Position numbers and translations under genes: made by a program
The notes under the pieces: generated by a model
What the model was told of the DNA's origin: nothing
Database searches by the model: none
The model's input: only the letters and a program-made list of their open reading frames with translations
Virus record (IMG/VR): IMGVR_UViG_3300035700_000486
Location: 1 to 52,708 of that record
Strand: one strand, 5' to 3'
DNA: 52,708 nucleotides
DNA from: a virus
Taxonomy: Duplodnaviria; Caudoviricetes
Part shown: positions 19,518-29,733 of the stretch, in pieces
How positions within the stretch are numbered: the stretch's first letter is position 1
Layout of the letters: every line of letters starts with the position of its first letter

Positions 19518-19768
19518 TAAAAACCACCTCTATTACTTCTCATTTCTATGTCAGTTCTTTTATGAGATTCAATATAATCCGCTTCAACTATTTTTAATAC
19601 TTCCTCCACTGATCCATATTCTTTTTTACAGCGAATACATTTAGCACTATTAGTTGTTATGTCCAGCTTCATGGTTTTTCTCTCGCAATGGGGATAAAAT
19701 ACCATAACTTCCTTATGTAATTTTATCCCCTGAAGCTCACAAATTTCAGCTGCTATTTTCATTGTCAT
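19517..19768 (-). CDS. Hypothetical protein (Cys motifs)
   Basis: ORF coupled to neighbours; PHC...CIRC. Confidence 0.6.
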   Translation of the reverse strand: MTMKIAAEICELQGIKLHKEVMVFYPHCERKTMKLDITTNSAKCIRCKKEYGSVEEVLKIVEADYIESHKRTDIEMRSNRGGF

Positions 19769-19814
19769 TTCTACATCCCACCTTAAGATTAATTTTTTGG
19801 AATAAATGTTTCAA

Positions 19815-20177
19815 TTACTTATATCTGTTATCTCTGGCTCTAATTTTACCAGGACCTTCAACGTTACGATCCCATTCCGGATCATACATTTTCACACTGT
19901 CTCCACGTGGTGTTTCTATGCCAAATTTTGCTAAGATACTTCTAATTGGTTTACTGATTTCGGGCTTCTTTTTTTCTTCATTACAATATTCCTTCAACAA
20001 ATTTCTTTGGAAATCTGATATTTCTTTTTCGGAAGCCTGTCCATCATCAATGTAACCAAATTTTTGGCCGCAAAACTCACATAAGTAATACTGGATATTA
20101 CCAAATCTCATATCAGGAGTAGCTTCTTTATGACACCTGGGACAGTTCATCTTTTTTATAGATCCCAATTTACTCAA
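19815..20177 (-). CDS. Hypothetical Zn-ribbon protein
   Basis: CPRC...CEFC. Confidence 0.65.
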   Translation of the reverse strand: MSKLGSIKKMNCPRCHKEATPDMRFGNIQYYLCEFCGQKFGYIDDGQASEKEISDFQRNLLKEYCNEEKKKPEISKPIRSILAKFGIETPRGDSVKMYDPEWDRNVEGPGKIRARDNRYK

Positions 20178-20182
20178 CCCCT

Positions 20183-20368
20183 TCAGCTGATATTTCTTTG
20201 CTCTTTTTCTTCTTCAAAATTTGAATGGCATGAAGTTAACAGCAGTGAATCTACCCTTAATTTGCAATATATACTATCCTCATTCATGCAGTACAAAGCA
20301 CTTCCTACATTTTTAACACGATCACAACTTTTACAAAATAATTTAGTACCCAAATAATCTTTTTCCAT
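20183..20368 (-). CDS. Small Cys-rich hypothetical protein
   Basis: GGAG RBS; five Cys. Confidence 0.55.
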   Translation of the reverse strand: MEKDYLGTKLFCKSCDRVKNVGSALYCMNEDSIYCKLRVDSLLLTSCHSNFEEEKEQRNIS

Positions 20369-20372
20369 ACTT

Positions 20373-20642
20373 TCACTCCTCCAACCTCTTTTTTAACTCT
20401 GCTAATCCATACTCCTTAACAATCTCAACAGCCGTTTTCTCCGATAGTTCCTGTCCCTTGTACACATATATTTGTTTTTCCTTGTCAAAGCTAAAGTCAA
20501 AATCACGTTTGAGCCGTTTCTTTGCTTCTTCCTCCGGATCTTTTCTGATTTTATGTTTTCTAATATCTGGGAACCAATAAGGCATAGGTAATAACATTCT
20601 TATCTCCCCTTTTATTGCTATAGTTCGCTGATATTGTTTCAA
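20373..20642 (-). CDS. Hypothetical protein
   Basis: ORF in operon context. Confidence 0.55.
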   Translation of the reverse strand: MKQYQRTIAIKGEIRMLLPMPYWFPDIRKHKIRKDPEEEAKKRLKRDFDFSFDKEKQIYVYKGQELSEKTAVEIVKEYGLAELKKRLEE

Positions 20643-20647
20643 ATTAC

Positions 20648-21205
20648 TTATTTGAATTTTTCACAAAATTGGCATGATGTACCAGCCTTTTCCCACTTCT
20701 CTCTTCCTTCTTCATATCCCCAATCAAGTCCATATTTATAGGCAAGGGCATTCATACACCGTTCACATGATATTGCTGAAATAATGATAGCTTCTGAAAG
20801 AGTATAATCTCCGCTATTAGCAATAGCTAATGCTAGACCTTCTGAATAACCAGAATGAAAAGACACAACTTTTTTACTTCCATAACCTTCCCATTTTTTG
20901 GGCCATAAATGCCACTTCTTTCTAGTTTGACTTCCCCCACACAAAGTGCATTCTCTACCATATATACCATCTGCCCACCCACCAGTTTTTTTGATATATC
21001 TTCTTGGATGATTACATTTATTAACTTCTTTTTGATGAATAAGTTTAAGATGTTTCGTTGTCAATTCTAATGGAAATCTCGAAACTTGATATTCCGCATT
21101 AGAAGGCATATCTAAGTCATTATTTTTATAGTCTGGTTCACTTATATAATTACCGTCTTTATCCTCAAACCATACAGTTCTTAAATGTTCTTTTTTAATT
21201 TTCAT
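20648..21205 (-). CDS. Hypothetical Cys-rich protein
   Basis: CNH, CTLC, CERC, CQFC motifs; AAGGGG RBS. Confidence 0.65.
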   Translation of the reverse strand: MKIKKEHLRTVWFEDKDGNYISEPDYKNNDLDMPSNAEYQVSRFPLELTTKHLKLIHQKEVNKCNHPRRYIKKTGGWADGIYGRECTLCGGSQTRKKWHLWPKKWEGYGSKKVVSFHSGYSEGLALAIANSGDYTLSEAIIISAISCERCMNALAYKYGLDWGYEEGREKWEKAGTSCQFCEKFK

Positions 21206-21272
21206 TGTTTAACCCCTTTCTTAATTTGCCAATTCTAGCCGATTTATATAATAAATTTTAATTCCCTAAACT

Positions 21273-21803
21273 TTATTCATAATCCTCATGAATTTTACTT
21301 CCAGTAGTCCCTTTTTGTTTTTGATATTTGCCATTATAAGGAGTCTCAGCCAAACCCTGCATTCTGGCAACTACTAACTGACAAATCCTTTGACCCGGTT
21401 TTAAAACAATGGGCCTGGGTGCCGCATTGAAAAGTTCAAGAGTTATTTGACCTTCAAACCCTGGGTCAATGTGACCGGCGTTTTGAATAAAGAGTCCGGT
21501 CCTTCCCACTGAGCTCCTACCTTCAATTTTAGCTTTTAAATAATCAGGGATATTTACAGTTTCTAGGGTGGTGGCCAGAACAAAATCACCTGGATAAATT
21601 CTGTATTTTTTATCAGTTCTGTATTTTACGTATTCTATTTCTTTATTAAGTTCAATATCACTACCTCCATTTTTCTTAATCATCATAAACTCATTTCCCA
21701 ATCTTAAATCAATCGAAGCCGGCTGCACGTTTTCCGGTTGATAAGGCCTGACTAACCGATTAAGATTACATAGCTTTTTTAAATTAGAATCATTGACTAT
21801 CAT
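21273..21803 (-). CDS. dcd: dCTP deaminase (possibly bifunctional with dUTPase)
   Basis: QPASIDLRLG, EGRSSVGR, IDPGFEGQITLEL, YNGKYQ motifs. Confidence 0.93.
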   Translation of the reverse strand: MIVNDSNLKKLCNLNRLVRPYQPENVQPASIDLRLGNEFMMIKKNGGSDIELNKEIEYVKYRTDKKYRIYPGDFVLATTLETVNIPDYLKAKIEGRSSVGRTGLFIQNAGHIDPGFEGQITLELFNAAPRPIVLKPGQRICQLVVARMQGLAETPYNGKYQKQKGTTGSKIHEDYE

Positions 21804-22219
21804 TATTCAGCTTCCTCCTGTTCCCCGATTTCTTCCATTGTACTTATGAATTCATTTTTAATTCTGATCTCTAATAAATTCATTAACATTTCTGGGTTTC
21901 TCTTAAAAATTTCATGTAGTTTCACTGGAGCTTCAACATTAAAAGTATAATATTCTAAATCAGGACCATCTCTTTTGTCTCTTTCTAAATTAACCAGCTT
22001 ACCAATAACTTCATTAACCTGTTGGGTAATCTGTTGAATCTCTTCTGCATGCTTTTCTTCTATTTTTTTTATTTTAGATTTATGTTGATTTTTTAGAAAC
22101 TTTAATTTCGATTTGTAGTTTTCTATATCTATTTTTAAATCCTTGATTATCTCAGCCTGATGTTGATTATATTCTTTTTCTGTTTTATAAGTACTTCTTA
22201 ATACAAAAGGTAATTTCAT
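21803..22219 (-). CDS. Hypothetical coiled-coil protein
   Basis: AAGGAGG RBS; heptad-like sequence. Confidence 0.65.
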   Translation of the reverse strand: MKLPFVLRSTYKTEKEYNQHQAEIIKDLKIDIENYKSKLKFLKNQHKSKIKKIEEKHAEEIQQITQQVNEVIGKLVNLERDKRDGPDLEYYTFNVEAPVKLHEIFKRNPEMLMNLLEIRIKNEFISTMEEIGEQEEAE

Positions 22220-22249
22220 AAATTTACTCCTCCTTATTTTTTTTGAAAT

Positions 22250-22456
22250 TTAACGCCGGCCAGTTGATCCGCAATATACATATTCAAATCCTCTGTCAGG
22301 ATTTTTGCGTCCAGTAGTCTTATAGATATGTTCACTATAGCCTACACCATTATTTTCAGCCTTAATTCTTAATTCATCTTTTTTCTCCCAACGATAAATA
22401 AAATGTTTTACTTTCACAAAATCATTCCTTTTGGGTTTCCTCATATTATTAATCAA
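22250..22456 (-). CDS. Hypothetical protein
   Basis: AGGAGG RBS; overlaps upstream stop. Confidence 0.55.
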   Translation of the reverse strand: MINNMRKPKRNDFVKVKHFIYRWEKKDELRIKAENNGVGYSEHIYKTTGRKNPDRGFEYVYCGSTGRR

Positions 22457-22860
22457 CCTCCTATTTTAAATATTTTTTTTATTTTATCTAAAAAAGAAAG
22501 ATCATCCTTCTTCTCCTGATTATTTAAATCTTTTTCATCTTCAAAAGTTTCGGGGTGAAAAGTTGCATTATTAGAAGACTGGGGTTTTTTAACATGAGTT
22601 TCATATTCAACTGTATGGACTTTAAAAGCACCACGACCAATACTTCCCAAAACATACCCTGGTTGTCCAACACCGTTCATTCTAAAAGCACAGGTGTCTT
22701 TTTGATATGTATCTTCTTTAATTACAGACTTGATTAAAAAATTTTCTTCCTCATATTCTCTAATACACCTGGCAATAAATTGTTCCTTGGAATAAAACTC
22801 GGCATCAGCAACAATCTTATTTTCATTATCAAATTTCATAAAATCGAAGTTTTTACTCAT
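22453..22860 (-). CDS. Hypothetical protein
   Basis: ORF with RBS, coupled to rusA-like gene. Confidence 0.65.
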   Translation of the reverse strand: MSKNFDFMKFDNENKIVADAEFYSKEQFIARCIREYEEENFLIKSVIKEDTYQKDTCAFRMNGVGQPGYVLGSIGRGAFKVHTVEYETHVKKPQSSNNATFHPETFEDEKDLNNQEKKDDLSFLDKIKKIFKIGG

Positions 22861-23320
22861 TTGATTCTCCCTCCTTTAATATAACTTCAGTCCTGGGTTT
22901 ATTTTTATCCTTTTCCCAGGACTCTTCAAAACCTTTAACATATTTCCAGCCATCGTCTTTAATTACACCTTCATCAACAAGGGCATCCATAATAACTTTT
23001 TTAGCTCCACCAGTGATGTTTCCTGGGTCCTCTCTTTTACTTTCACGGTAATAAATAATTTTCACTTTAACTGTCTTAAAGAAAGGGATTTTTTGTTGCC
23101 TAATATACCAACGAATAGTATCTTCAGTTTCACTTTTTAATGAATTATACTTATATCTGTTAATTAATGCAGCTCCAATTAAATCATTAAGATTCGGTAA
23201 TTTACCTGGTATTATTAATTTAGCTTCCTTTTCTCCAGACTCTGGTTTATATACTTTTTTTGAGTATTCTTTTTTTTGATATTTTTTAGGTAAACTTTTC
23301 CAATTCATTCTTCTACTCAT
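22853..23320 (-). CDS. rusA: RusA-like Holliday junction resolvase
   Basis: PNLN, DPGNI, KVIMDALVDEGVIKDD, PRTEV pattern. Confidence 0.75.
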   Translation of the reverse strand: MSRRMNWKSLPKKYQKKEYSKKVYKPESGEKEAKLIIPGKLPNLNDLIGAALINRYKYNSLKSETEDTIRWYIRQQKIPFFKTVKVKIIYYRESKREDPGNITGGAKKVIMDALVDEGVIKDDGWKYVKGFEESWEKDKNKPRTEVILKEGESNE

Positions 23321-23333
23321 TTTATTTCACCTC

Positions 23334-24251
23334 TCAAACAAACATTTTGCACCCTCTAGACTTGTAACTCTCAACTGTTTTCAAGAAATATTCTTCATCA
23401 AAATCTAAACAGTCTAAGCATAACCAATTGCCTTCACTCTTCCTACCTATTTTCTTATTAAAACCGATAATATTGTAATCTAACTCTTTGTTGCAATTTA
23501 AACATTTATTTATATCTGGAGGATCCTTTCTAAAGTTACAATTATTAATAGCTGATTTGAAATCACCACTAATAACTTCAATTCTTTTATTTTTTCTAGC
23601 AATTTTAAATTCTTTTTTATCCATAAATTGAGACAGAAAAACTAAACTACCGCTTGCTTCACCATTAAATCTGGTTGCAGGCAAACCTCTAAAATCAATC
23701 ACAACTGTAGCATCTTTTCCAGCTTTTAATTCAGCCTGCTTTTTCTTTTTAGTTAATTCCCATTTAATTTCTGTAATTCGGTGTAATTTTTCATAAATTT
23801 TAGCATTATATTTTTTAATTTCCCGGTCTTTTTCTTTTAGTTTTTTTATTTCTTTTTCGTAACCCTGCAATTCTCTTTTTGCTTTCCAGATATTATGCCT
23901 AGTTAATTTTCTATTGTGTTTTTTAATTAATCTTTTAATATCTTTTTCATTAAATTCCTCGAATTCTTCAGCAGTATGCCTTCTGGCTGTAGTTTTGTAA
24001 CTATATTTATTTCGATATTTCCCGTAAACATCAAAAACTTTCACTTCAATTGGATAATTTCCGAACAAATTCTTTTGTATGCCTTCATAATATTCTGCTT
24101 TCCCTACCATAATATTTCTGATATCATCTGTGCTATACCCTTTAAATATAGGTGTTTCTTTTAATTTATTTTTTAGTTTTTTGTGGTGTTTATCTAATTT
24201 TTCAATCCGGTTTTGAGCAGTTTTGGCAGAAATCATTAGACCACCTCTCAA
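23334..24251 (-). CDS. Hypothetical protein with C-terminal five-Cys domain
   Basis: CLNC...NKKIGR...CLDCL...GCKMF at C-terminus. Confidence 0.65.
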   Translation of the reverse strand: MRGGLMISAKTAQNRIEKLDKHHKKLKNKLKETPIFKGYSTDDIRNIMVGKAEYYEGIQKNLFGNYPIEVKVFDVYGKYRNKYSYKTTARRHTAEEFEEFNEKDIKRLIKKHNRKLTRHNIWKAKRELQGYEKEIKKLKEKDREIKKYNAKIYEKLHRITEIKWELTKKKKQAELKAGKDATVVIDFRGLPATRFNGEASGSLVFLSQFMDKKEFKIARKNKRIEVISGDFKSAINNCNFRKDPPDINKCLNCNKELDYNIIGFNKKIGRKSEGNWLCLDCLDFDEEYFLKTVESYKSRGCKMFV

Positions 24252-24278
24252 ACAAACTTTTCCATCCAGTCAACTCAA

Positions 24279-24464
24279 TCACTCTCCTAGTCTTTTATCA
24301 CTGCAAAAAACTTTCGTTTTTTCACCACATATAAATGGTAAAAATCCTTCTTTATCCTTTTTAGTAGCTTCAAATCTACACATAAAATTCTCATCATGCA
24401 TTGTTTTTTCATATACTGGACAAAATTTATATTTTGGTGCTTTAGGAAAACCTCTGTCCTTCAT
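24279..24464 (-). CDS. Small Cys-rich hypothetical protein
   Basis: AAGGTG RBS; FCP...C...C...VFC. Confidence 0.55.
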   Translation of the reverse strand: MKDRGFPKAPKYKFCPVYEKTMHDENFMCRFEATKKDKEGFLPFICGEKTKVFCSDKRLGE

Positions 24465-24471
24465 TTTATCT

Positions 24472-25215
24472 TCACCTTGATCCTTTCTTCTTTTCTTCCA
24501 TTCTTTTAAAAGTTTCGTTCAGGTTAGTCATATTAAAATATCCAACACCAATTTTCTTTTCAGCTTTAGCTACCTGTTTTTTATTAAATTCATGAAACAA
24601 TTTTCCTATAATTTTAATGTTTGGCTTTAAAAACTCCTTCTTAATATATTTAATAGTTTCATTTAAGACTTTTTTTCTTTTCTTAACAGATTCTTTATTC
24701 TTTTTTCTATAATTAGAATCATTAACAGCATAATCCCCAAACATTGAATCCTGGGTATAATTAACCTCATTTTTACTAAAATCAAATTCATCTGTTATTC
24801 CATCTTCTTCAGCTACAACCAATAAAAAATCTTTGCTGTTCTCTAAATCTATTTTAATTTTTGAGTTCTCTAGCTTAACCAGACATCCACAGGATCGAAA
24901 TTGATGTAATAGTTCATAAGTTTCTCTCTCAAAACTATATGCAATTCTCAATAACCGGACCCAAATGTAATGATCTTCTTTAATGTCAGGTCTGGGCCCA
25001 AAATTCAAGCCAGATTTTACTTTGTACATATTAATAAATTTATCGAAGCCTTCATCTGTGATTAGTTCTTCTTCATTAAAATTAAATTCAGTATCATTTT
25101 TTATCTTATCCTCAGAATTTTTCTTAGGTTTTGGTTTAACACTTTTCTTTTTCTCATTTTCCCTTTCATTTTTCTGTTTTTTGTTTTTTTTGTTAAGAAA
25201 ATCGAATTCTCCCAT
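24472..25215 (-). CDS. Hypothetical protein downstream of origin
   Basis: AAGGAGG RBS; 247 aa. Confidence 0.7.
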   Translation of the reverse strand: MGEFDFLNKKNKKQKNERENEKKKSVKPKPKKNSEDKIKNDTEFNFNEEELITDEGFDKFINMYKVKSGLNFGPRPDIKEDHYIWVRLLRIAYSFERETYELLHQFRSCGCLVKLENSKIKIDLENSKDFLLVVAEEDGITDEFDFSKNEVNYTQDSMFGDYAVNDSNYRKKNKESVKKRKKVLNETIKYIKKEFLKPNIKIIGKLFHEFNKKQVAKAEKKIGVGYFNMTNLNETFKRMEEKKKGSR

Positions 25216-25256
25216 TTTCAGGACCTCCTTTCCATATTTTGGATTTATTCTCGAAA

Positions 25257-25561
25257 TGTAATAATGTAATATTACAATTTACGAAATATTACACTTCATA
25301 TTACGCCTCTTATCTTTGTTATATCAACTTTCTCAGCGGGGGTGTAATATTGTAATACGATATAGTAATTTTGTAATAAATCTTTGTAATGACTGATATT
25401 ACAGCATTAAACCTCTATTATTAATAATAAAAAGTTCAAAAGATAATAACCCTCAAATGATATTACAATATTACACCCCCTCTATACTTGTTGATATAAC
25501 AGTGACCATAGACGTAATATGAGGTGTAATATTGTAATAAATGAAATATTACAATATTACA
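25257..25561. repeat. Putative replication origin: ~101-bp imperfect inverted arms of TGTAATA/TATTACA iterons around an AT-rich spacer
   Basis: 25257-25357 aligns with reverse complement of 25461-25561; directly downstream of primase-helicase. Confidence 0.8.
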
Positions 25562-25578
25562 AAGTATCTTCAGCGACT

Positions 25579-28113
25579 TTATTCACTCTGAATGGAAGTT
25601 TTTAATTCTTTTATAACAGCTGGAGCGTTTTCTGGATCAATGATATAGCACATTTTGGGTTTTCCATCTAACCTAATAGTTTTTCTTTCAACATAATAAG
25701 GTTCATCTTTGATGTATCCCAAAACACTTGCTTTATCGAATGGTTGATTTCCAGTTCTTCTACGATAATAAGCTTCCCAGGAATTAAATACAGCAGGGAA
25801 CCACATTCCAATATAACTTTTATCACCTTCATAAGTTGTCTTAATGTGCCTATCTCCAATATCATTATTACTGTACATAATGACAACATCATTCCAAAAG
25901 ATATTAAGCATGTGTTCATCTTCGGCTGTCTCTCTAACTTCTTCACATGACTCCAGGACCCACTCAATAAAATCTTTATCTTTTTTTACCACGGCATAAA
26001 AAGAACCGGCCATAATTGCCCAGTTTTCTGCAGTTCTATCAGTTATATCCTGCTGTACTAAATTAAGTTTTAAATCTTTAATAGTTTCAATAATTTCATC
26101 TTTATAAGTGGTGTAATTTTTTAATAAATGAAATGTAAATCCAGAAAATTTCTCACTCATACGATTAAGCCACTTATAAGGATCACGATTTCTCTTATTA
26201 GCTGAAAGTTGTAAAGGAACACACCTGGTAAAAAGTCCGCTGTCTCTTGGAAGTTCTTCTCCTGAAATAGCTAGCGTCCCCTTTACTTTATATGCTCTGG
26301 CACCAAAAGCGCTTTTTACACCCTTCCCAGATAACTGCCTATTATATGCTGACCTCAAATAACCATCTTTTTTAGTAATGTTTTTTTCATTTCTATATTC
26401 ATCAAACCAAACTCCCAGACTGGAAAAATAGCTTAAGGTTCTCATGATATAATTCTGACTGGATTCATCAATACTAACTCCATCTGATTCAATACCAAAA
26501 AAATTCATTAACCACCTGAGTAAAGTAGTTTTTCCTGACTCACGTTTCCCATGTAGGAATAGAAAAGGAAAATTTCCAATCTCTTCAAAAATCACTCTAC
26601 TAAAAATAGTAGCTACAACCCATCCAATGCCAATGTAAGCTTGATAACTACCTAAATTATATTTTAATTTTTCTGCTATTTTTTCAACATCGAAATCATC
26701 TTCAAGGTATAAAGCCGGAATAGCATCTTCCATATCTTCTCCCCTGGGACCAACTGATAAGCTCTGTGGCTTATATCCTTTACCATTAATCCAGAATATA
26801 CCATCACTATCAGGTTGATATACTTCATTGTCCTTAATAGCAATATTACCAAAGATCCAGAAATTAGGTTCAATCTCTCCTATCTCTTCAGGCATGTAAA
26901 TCATATCACCAGTATCACGTCTAAGTTCAAATTTCCATACTTCAAGTAACTCCTGGGTAGTTCCTTCCCATATATAATTTCCTTTTCCAAAACAATATTT
27001 TTTGAATTCATTTAGCCCCGCCATATCCTTCGGTTCTAAAATGAAAGTGCGGCTGGTTTCTCCAAACTCATTAACGAATTCCACATATCTTTGAACTCCA
27101 TCGGGAGTAATAAATGAAGACTTGATGTTAATCACAAAATTACTGATTTGTTTTTCCCAGGTGTTATCCCCCTTCCTTTTAGTGATTTCATAGCCATAAA
27201 ACCTGCGGGTTACGGGACTTCTGGAAAAATATTTAGCTAACTTCCTTCTAACTATCTTTTCAGCTTCATTTGGTAAAATATCAAAAAACTCGTATTTGTT
27301 TTTTCTATCATTAATAATGGGTAATATGTCATTTTTGTTCTTTCCCTGAGCCAGAGCTCCATCAAAATCTATTTTACCTTTATCCCTCCATTCATCAGGT
27401 AGCCTTGAAATCTTTGTATCAAAACCTTCTTTTTTTAGTTTTGTCTGCATAACGCAAGCCCAGTAAGGAGTATCCCACCTGTTCTCTGGTTTTTCTTTGT
27501 ATTTTTCTTTAAATTGAGAATCATTTTTAACTTCATTATCAAAAATAATTGTTATCTTTTTTACTTTAAAATTATTTAAATACTCAATCAATCTCTTGAA
27601 ATGTTTTCCAGAAAAACTTTGAATTCCAGGAACAGCCATTGCTGGTATACCCCATTGTGCCAAAGCAGTAGCTTTAAATTCTCCTTCAGTCAGCACTATA
27701 TGTTCTGGATTGTCTTTAAGTAGAAATTGACAATAGGGCTGAATATTAACTCCCTTCAGCCCTAGTTTGTGTGGACGAAGTAGAGTACATTTATCTCCGG
27801 ATTCGTCCAAATATGGGATTATAACTCTCTCGTTAAGCAGCATATTGCAAGGCCTGAAGTTGTCATTTACTTCTTCCAGCAATCCATATTTATAGAGTAC
27901 CTGTTCCTCATATTTATCTCGCAATTCATTTATAATTTTCCTGTTCTCTTCCCTACCTGAGACAAATTTAAATTTATCTATGATTTTATCTGTAAAGCCG
28001 CGTTTCTTTTTTAACTTTTCTCGGTCCAGGTCAGTGAGTACAGCTTCATCTAAAAATTTAGTGTAGATCTCTATCTGTAAATTGTCTGCCACAAATTCTT
28101 TCACCACCTTCAA
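25579..28113 (-). CDS. Primase-helicase (Toprim plus P-loop helicase)
   Basis: Toprim LTEGEFKA...IIFDN...DFD; Walker A GKRESGKTT; Walker B VWFDEY; likely GTG start at 28092. Confidence 0.85.
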   Translation of the reverse strand: MKVVKEFVADNLQIEIYTKFLDEAVLTDLDREKLKKKRGFTDKIIDKFKFVSGREENRKIINELRDKYEEQVLYKYGLLEEVNDNFRPCNMLLNERVIIPYLDESGDKCTLLRPHKLGLKGVNIQPYCQFLLKDNPEHIVLTEGEFKATALAQWGIPAMAVPGIQSFSGKHFKRLIEYLNNFKVKKITIIFDNEVKNDSQFKEKYKEKPENRWDTPYWACVMQTKLKKEGFDTKISRLPDEWRDKGKIDFDGALAQGKNKNDILPIINDRKNKYEFFDILPNEAEKIVRRKLAKYFSRSPVTRRFYGYEITKRKGDNTWEKQISNFVINIKSSFITPDGVQRYVEFVNEFGETSRTFILEPKDMAGLNEFKKYCFGKGNYIWEGTTQELLEVWKFELRRDTGDMIYMPEEIGEIEPNFWIFGNIAIKDNEVYQPDSDGIFWINGKGYKPQSLSVGPRGEDMEDAIPALYLEDDFDVEKIAEKLKYNLGSYQAYIGIGWVVATIFSRVIFEEIGNFPFLFLHGKRESGKTTLLRWLMNFFGIESDGVSIDESSQNYIMRTLSYFSSLGVWFDEYRNEKNITKKDGYLRSAYNRQLSGKGVKSAFGARAYKVKGTLAISGEELPRDSGLFTRCVPLQLSANKRNRDPYKWLNRMSEKFSGFTFHLLKNYTTYKDEIIETIKDLKLNLVQQDITDRTAENWAIMAGSFYAVVKKDKDFIEWVLESCEEVRETAEDEHMLNIFWNDVVIMYSNNDIGDRHIKTTYEGDKSYIGMWFPAVFNSWEAYYRRRTGNQPFDKASVLGYIKDEPYYVERKTIRLDGKPKMCYIIDPENAPAVIKELKTSIQSE

Positions 28114-28384
28114 AAAAACTTTTCATCTTTTTTAATTCTGTCATATATAATTATCAATTGCATATAATATAATGGGACAACCTATGCTTCGAAATTCTGC
28201 GAAAAATTTTTTAGTCTTTTCTTTTGTTACTGGCCCATTGGATTGAGTCAAAATATCTAACTCTGGTGTCGTTTATATTATCTGTAAAGTTATCTCTATT
28301 CCAACATATTAAAATCAATAATAGAATACATGATAAAATTATAAACATTTCAAAACCTCCTTAAAAACAATCTTTTTATAGTAT

Positions 28385-28726
28385 TTATTTCATTTTCCAT
28401 TCATTAACATTTTCCCCTTTATCATCTATATAACAGTCTGCATAGATTTTTCTCGAGGTGATAAAATCCAATCCGGGATAATTTTCATTAATATAATCAT
28501 AAGGGATATCATTCTCATCAAGGAATTTTTTCATCCTGGATTCAAAGATACCTTTACGGCATGTCCAGATTATAATAATTGTTCCATTTTCTTTTTCCTG
28601 TTTCATCATTTCAACTATTTCTGATCTTAATTTTCCTATCTTCGGGAATCTATGTTCAACTATGGTGCCGTCAAAATCTACAGCTATGATTCTGGGCTTA
28701 TAATCTTTGAGAGACATATTATTCAT
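28385..28726 (-). CDS. HAD-superfamily phosphatase
   Basis: IAVDFDGTI, IWTCR, YIDDK motifs. Confidence 0.85.
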   Translation of the reverse strand: MNNMSLKDYKPRIIAVDFDGTIVEHRFPKIGKLRSEIVEMMKQEKENGTIIIIWTCRKGIFESRMKKFLDENDIPYDYINENYPGLDFITSRKIYADCYIDDKGENVNEWKMK

Positions 28727-28918
28727 CCTTTCTTAGTCCTGGCTTCTTCTTTCTCTTTTAATATATTTTTGCATATATCAATAAAACTAACATCAGTATC
28801 ATTATTCTTGTCATTATTAAACTTTCTTAAATCGGATAATATGTTTTTAATTTCTAGTATACTTCTTTTTTTTAATCATTCTTATAAATTTAATTTTATA
28901 TTCAAGTTGATTTGTCAT
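28723..28918 (-). pseudogene. Small gene broken by one extra base in an A8 run (error or decay)
   Basis: GAGGTG RBS and ATG at 28918; A7 at 28866-28873 would give a 64-aa ORF whose stop overlaps the next start. Confidence 0.5.
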
Positions 28919-28929
28919 TTTCTTCCACC

Positions 28930-29166
28930 TCAAAATAAACTTTTCATTAATTTTTTTTTAGGGATATCACAAACCCATACAAAGTCAGTATCACTTCCAC
29001 TGATTTTCTTATGCTTTTTATCAATACCTTTATGGTACTGGCAAGTACTATCCATTCTAGCATCTCCTGAAGGAATACAAACTTTTGAATTTATTATTTC
29101 ACCATTCAAAGGACATTCAAATAATTTTTTAAATCCAACTTCCTTAATTGGCAAATATTTTTTCAT
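28930..29166 (-). CDS. Small Cys-rich hypothetical protein
   Basis: GAGGTG RBS; FECP...C...CQYHKG...VWVC. Confidence 0.6.
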   Translation of the reverse strand: MKKYLPIKEVGFKKLFECPLNGEIINSKVCIPSGDARMDSTCQYHKGIDKKHKKISGSDTDFVWVCDIPKKKLMKSLF

Positions 29167-29175
29167 AATTCCACC

Positions 29176-29547
29176 TCAATTTAATCTTTGATGAATTGCT
29201 TGCGGACTCAATCCATAAAAATCAGCAATCTCACGAAAATATAAACCTTTTTCTCTCAACTTCTTCATATCATCACTTTTTCTCCTTTTCTTTAATCTTT
29301 CTAATTTCCTAAAAACATTATCAGCAGAAAGATTAAATAAATTCCCGATACTTTTATACGTCTTTTTCTCTCTAATTCTTAAAAAAGCCATATCAATTTT
29401 ACTGTCGGAGTCATTAAATCTAATATTTGGTTTTTCAAGTGTATTAATATAATCTAGAGCTCCTTCTACAGTATATCCTTTCAAAATTGCCAGAGCACAA
29501 GCACAAACCCCCACTTCTTCAGCTTCAGCAGCAATTTTCATTATCAT
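29176..29547 (-). CDS. Double HTH DNA-binding protein
   Basis: TYKSIGNLFNLSADNV and YFREIADFYGLSPQAI HTH-like segments. Confidence 0.7.
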   Translation of the reverse strand: MIMKIAAEAEEVGVCACALAILKGYTVEGALDYINTLEKPNIRFNDSDSKIDMAFLRIREKKTYKSIGNLFNLSADNVFRKLERLKKRRKSDDMKKLREKGLYFREIADFYGLSPQAIHQRLN

Positions 29548-29733
29548 TCACCTCTTATCATATGAGCAATCTACGTTTTCATTTATATCATCATAATCAT
29601 TAAAATAACTACAAGCTTCACATTTTGTAGTTTCTCCAGGGAAATCAGTAAGAGGTATATATTCACCTAACATAGGACAATTAACAAATATAACAGTAGG
29701 AACTTGCATAAGATCCCCTCCATGTATTATTTT

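Noticed and set aside
25257-25561. CRISPR or guide-RNA array
   Set aside because: Repeats are 6-7-bp iterons in inverted arms with no regular repeat-spacer period; no cas or Nop-domain gene seen
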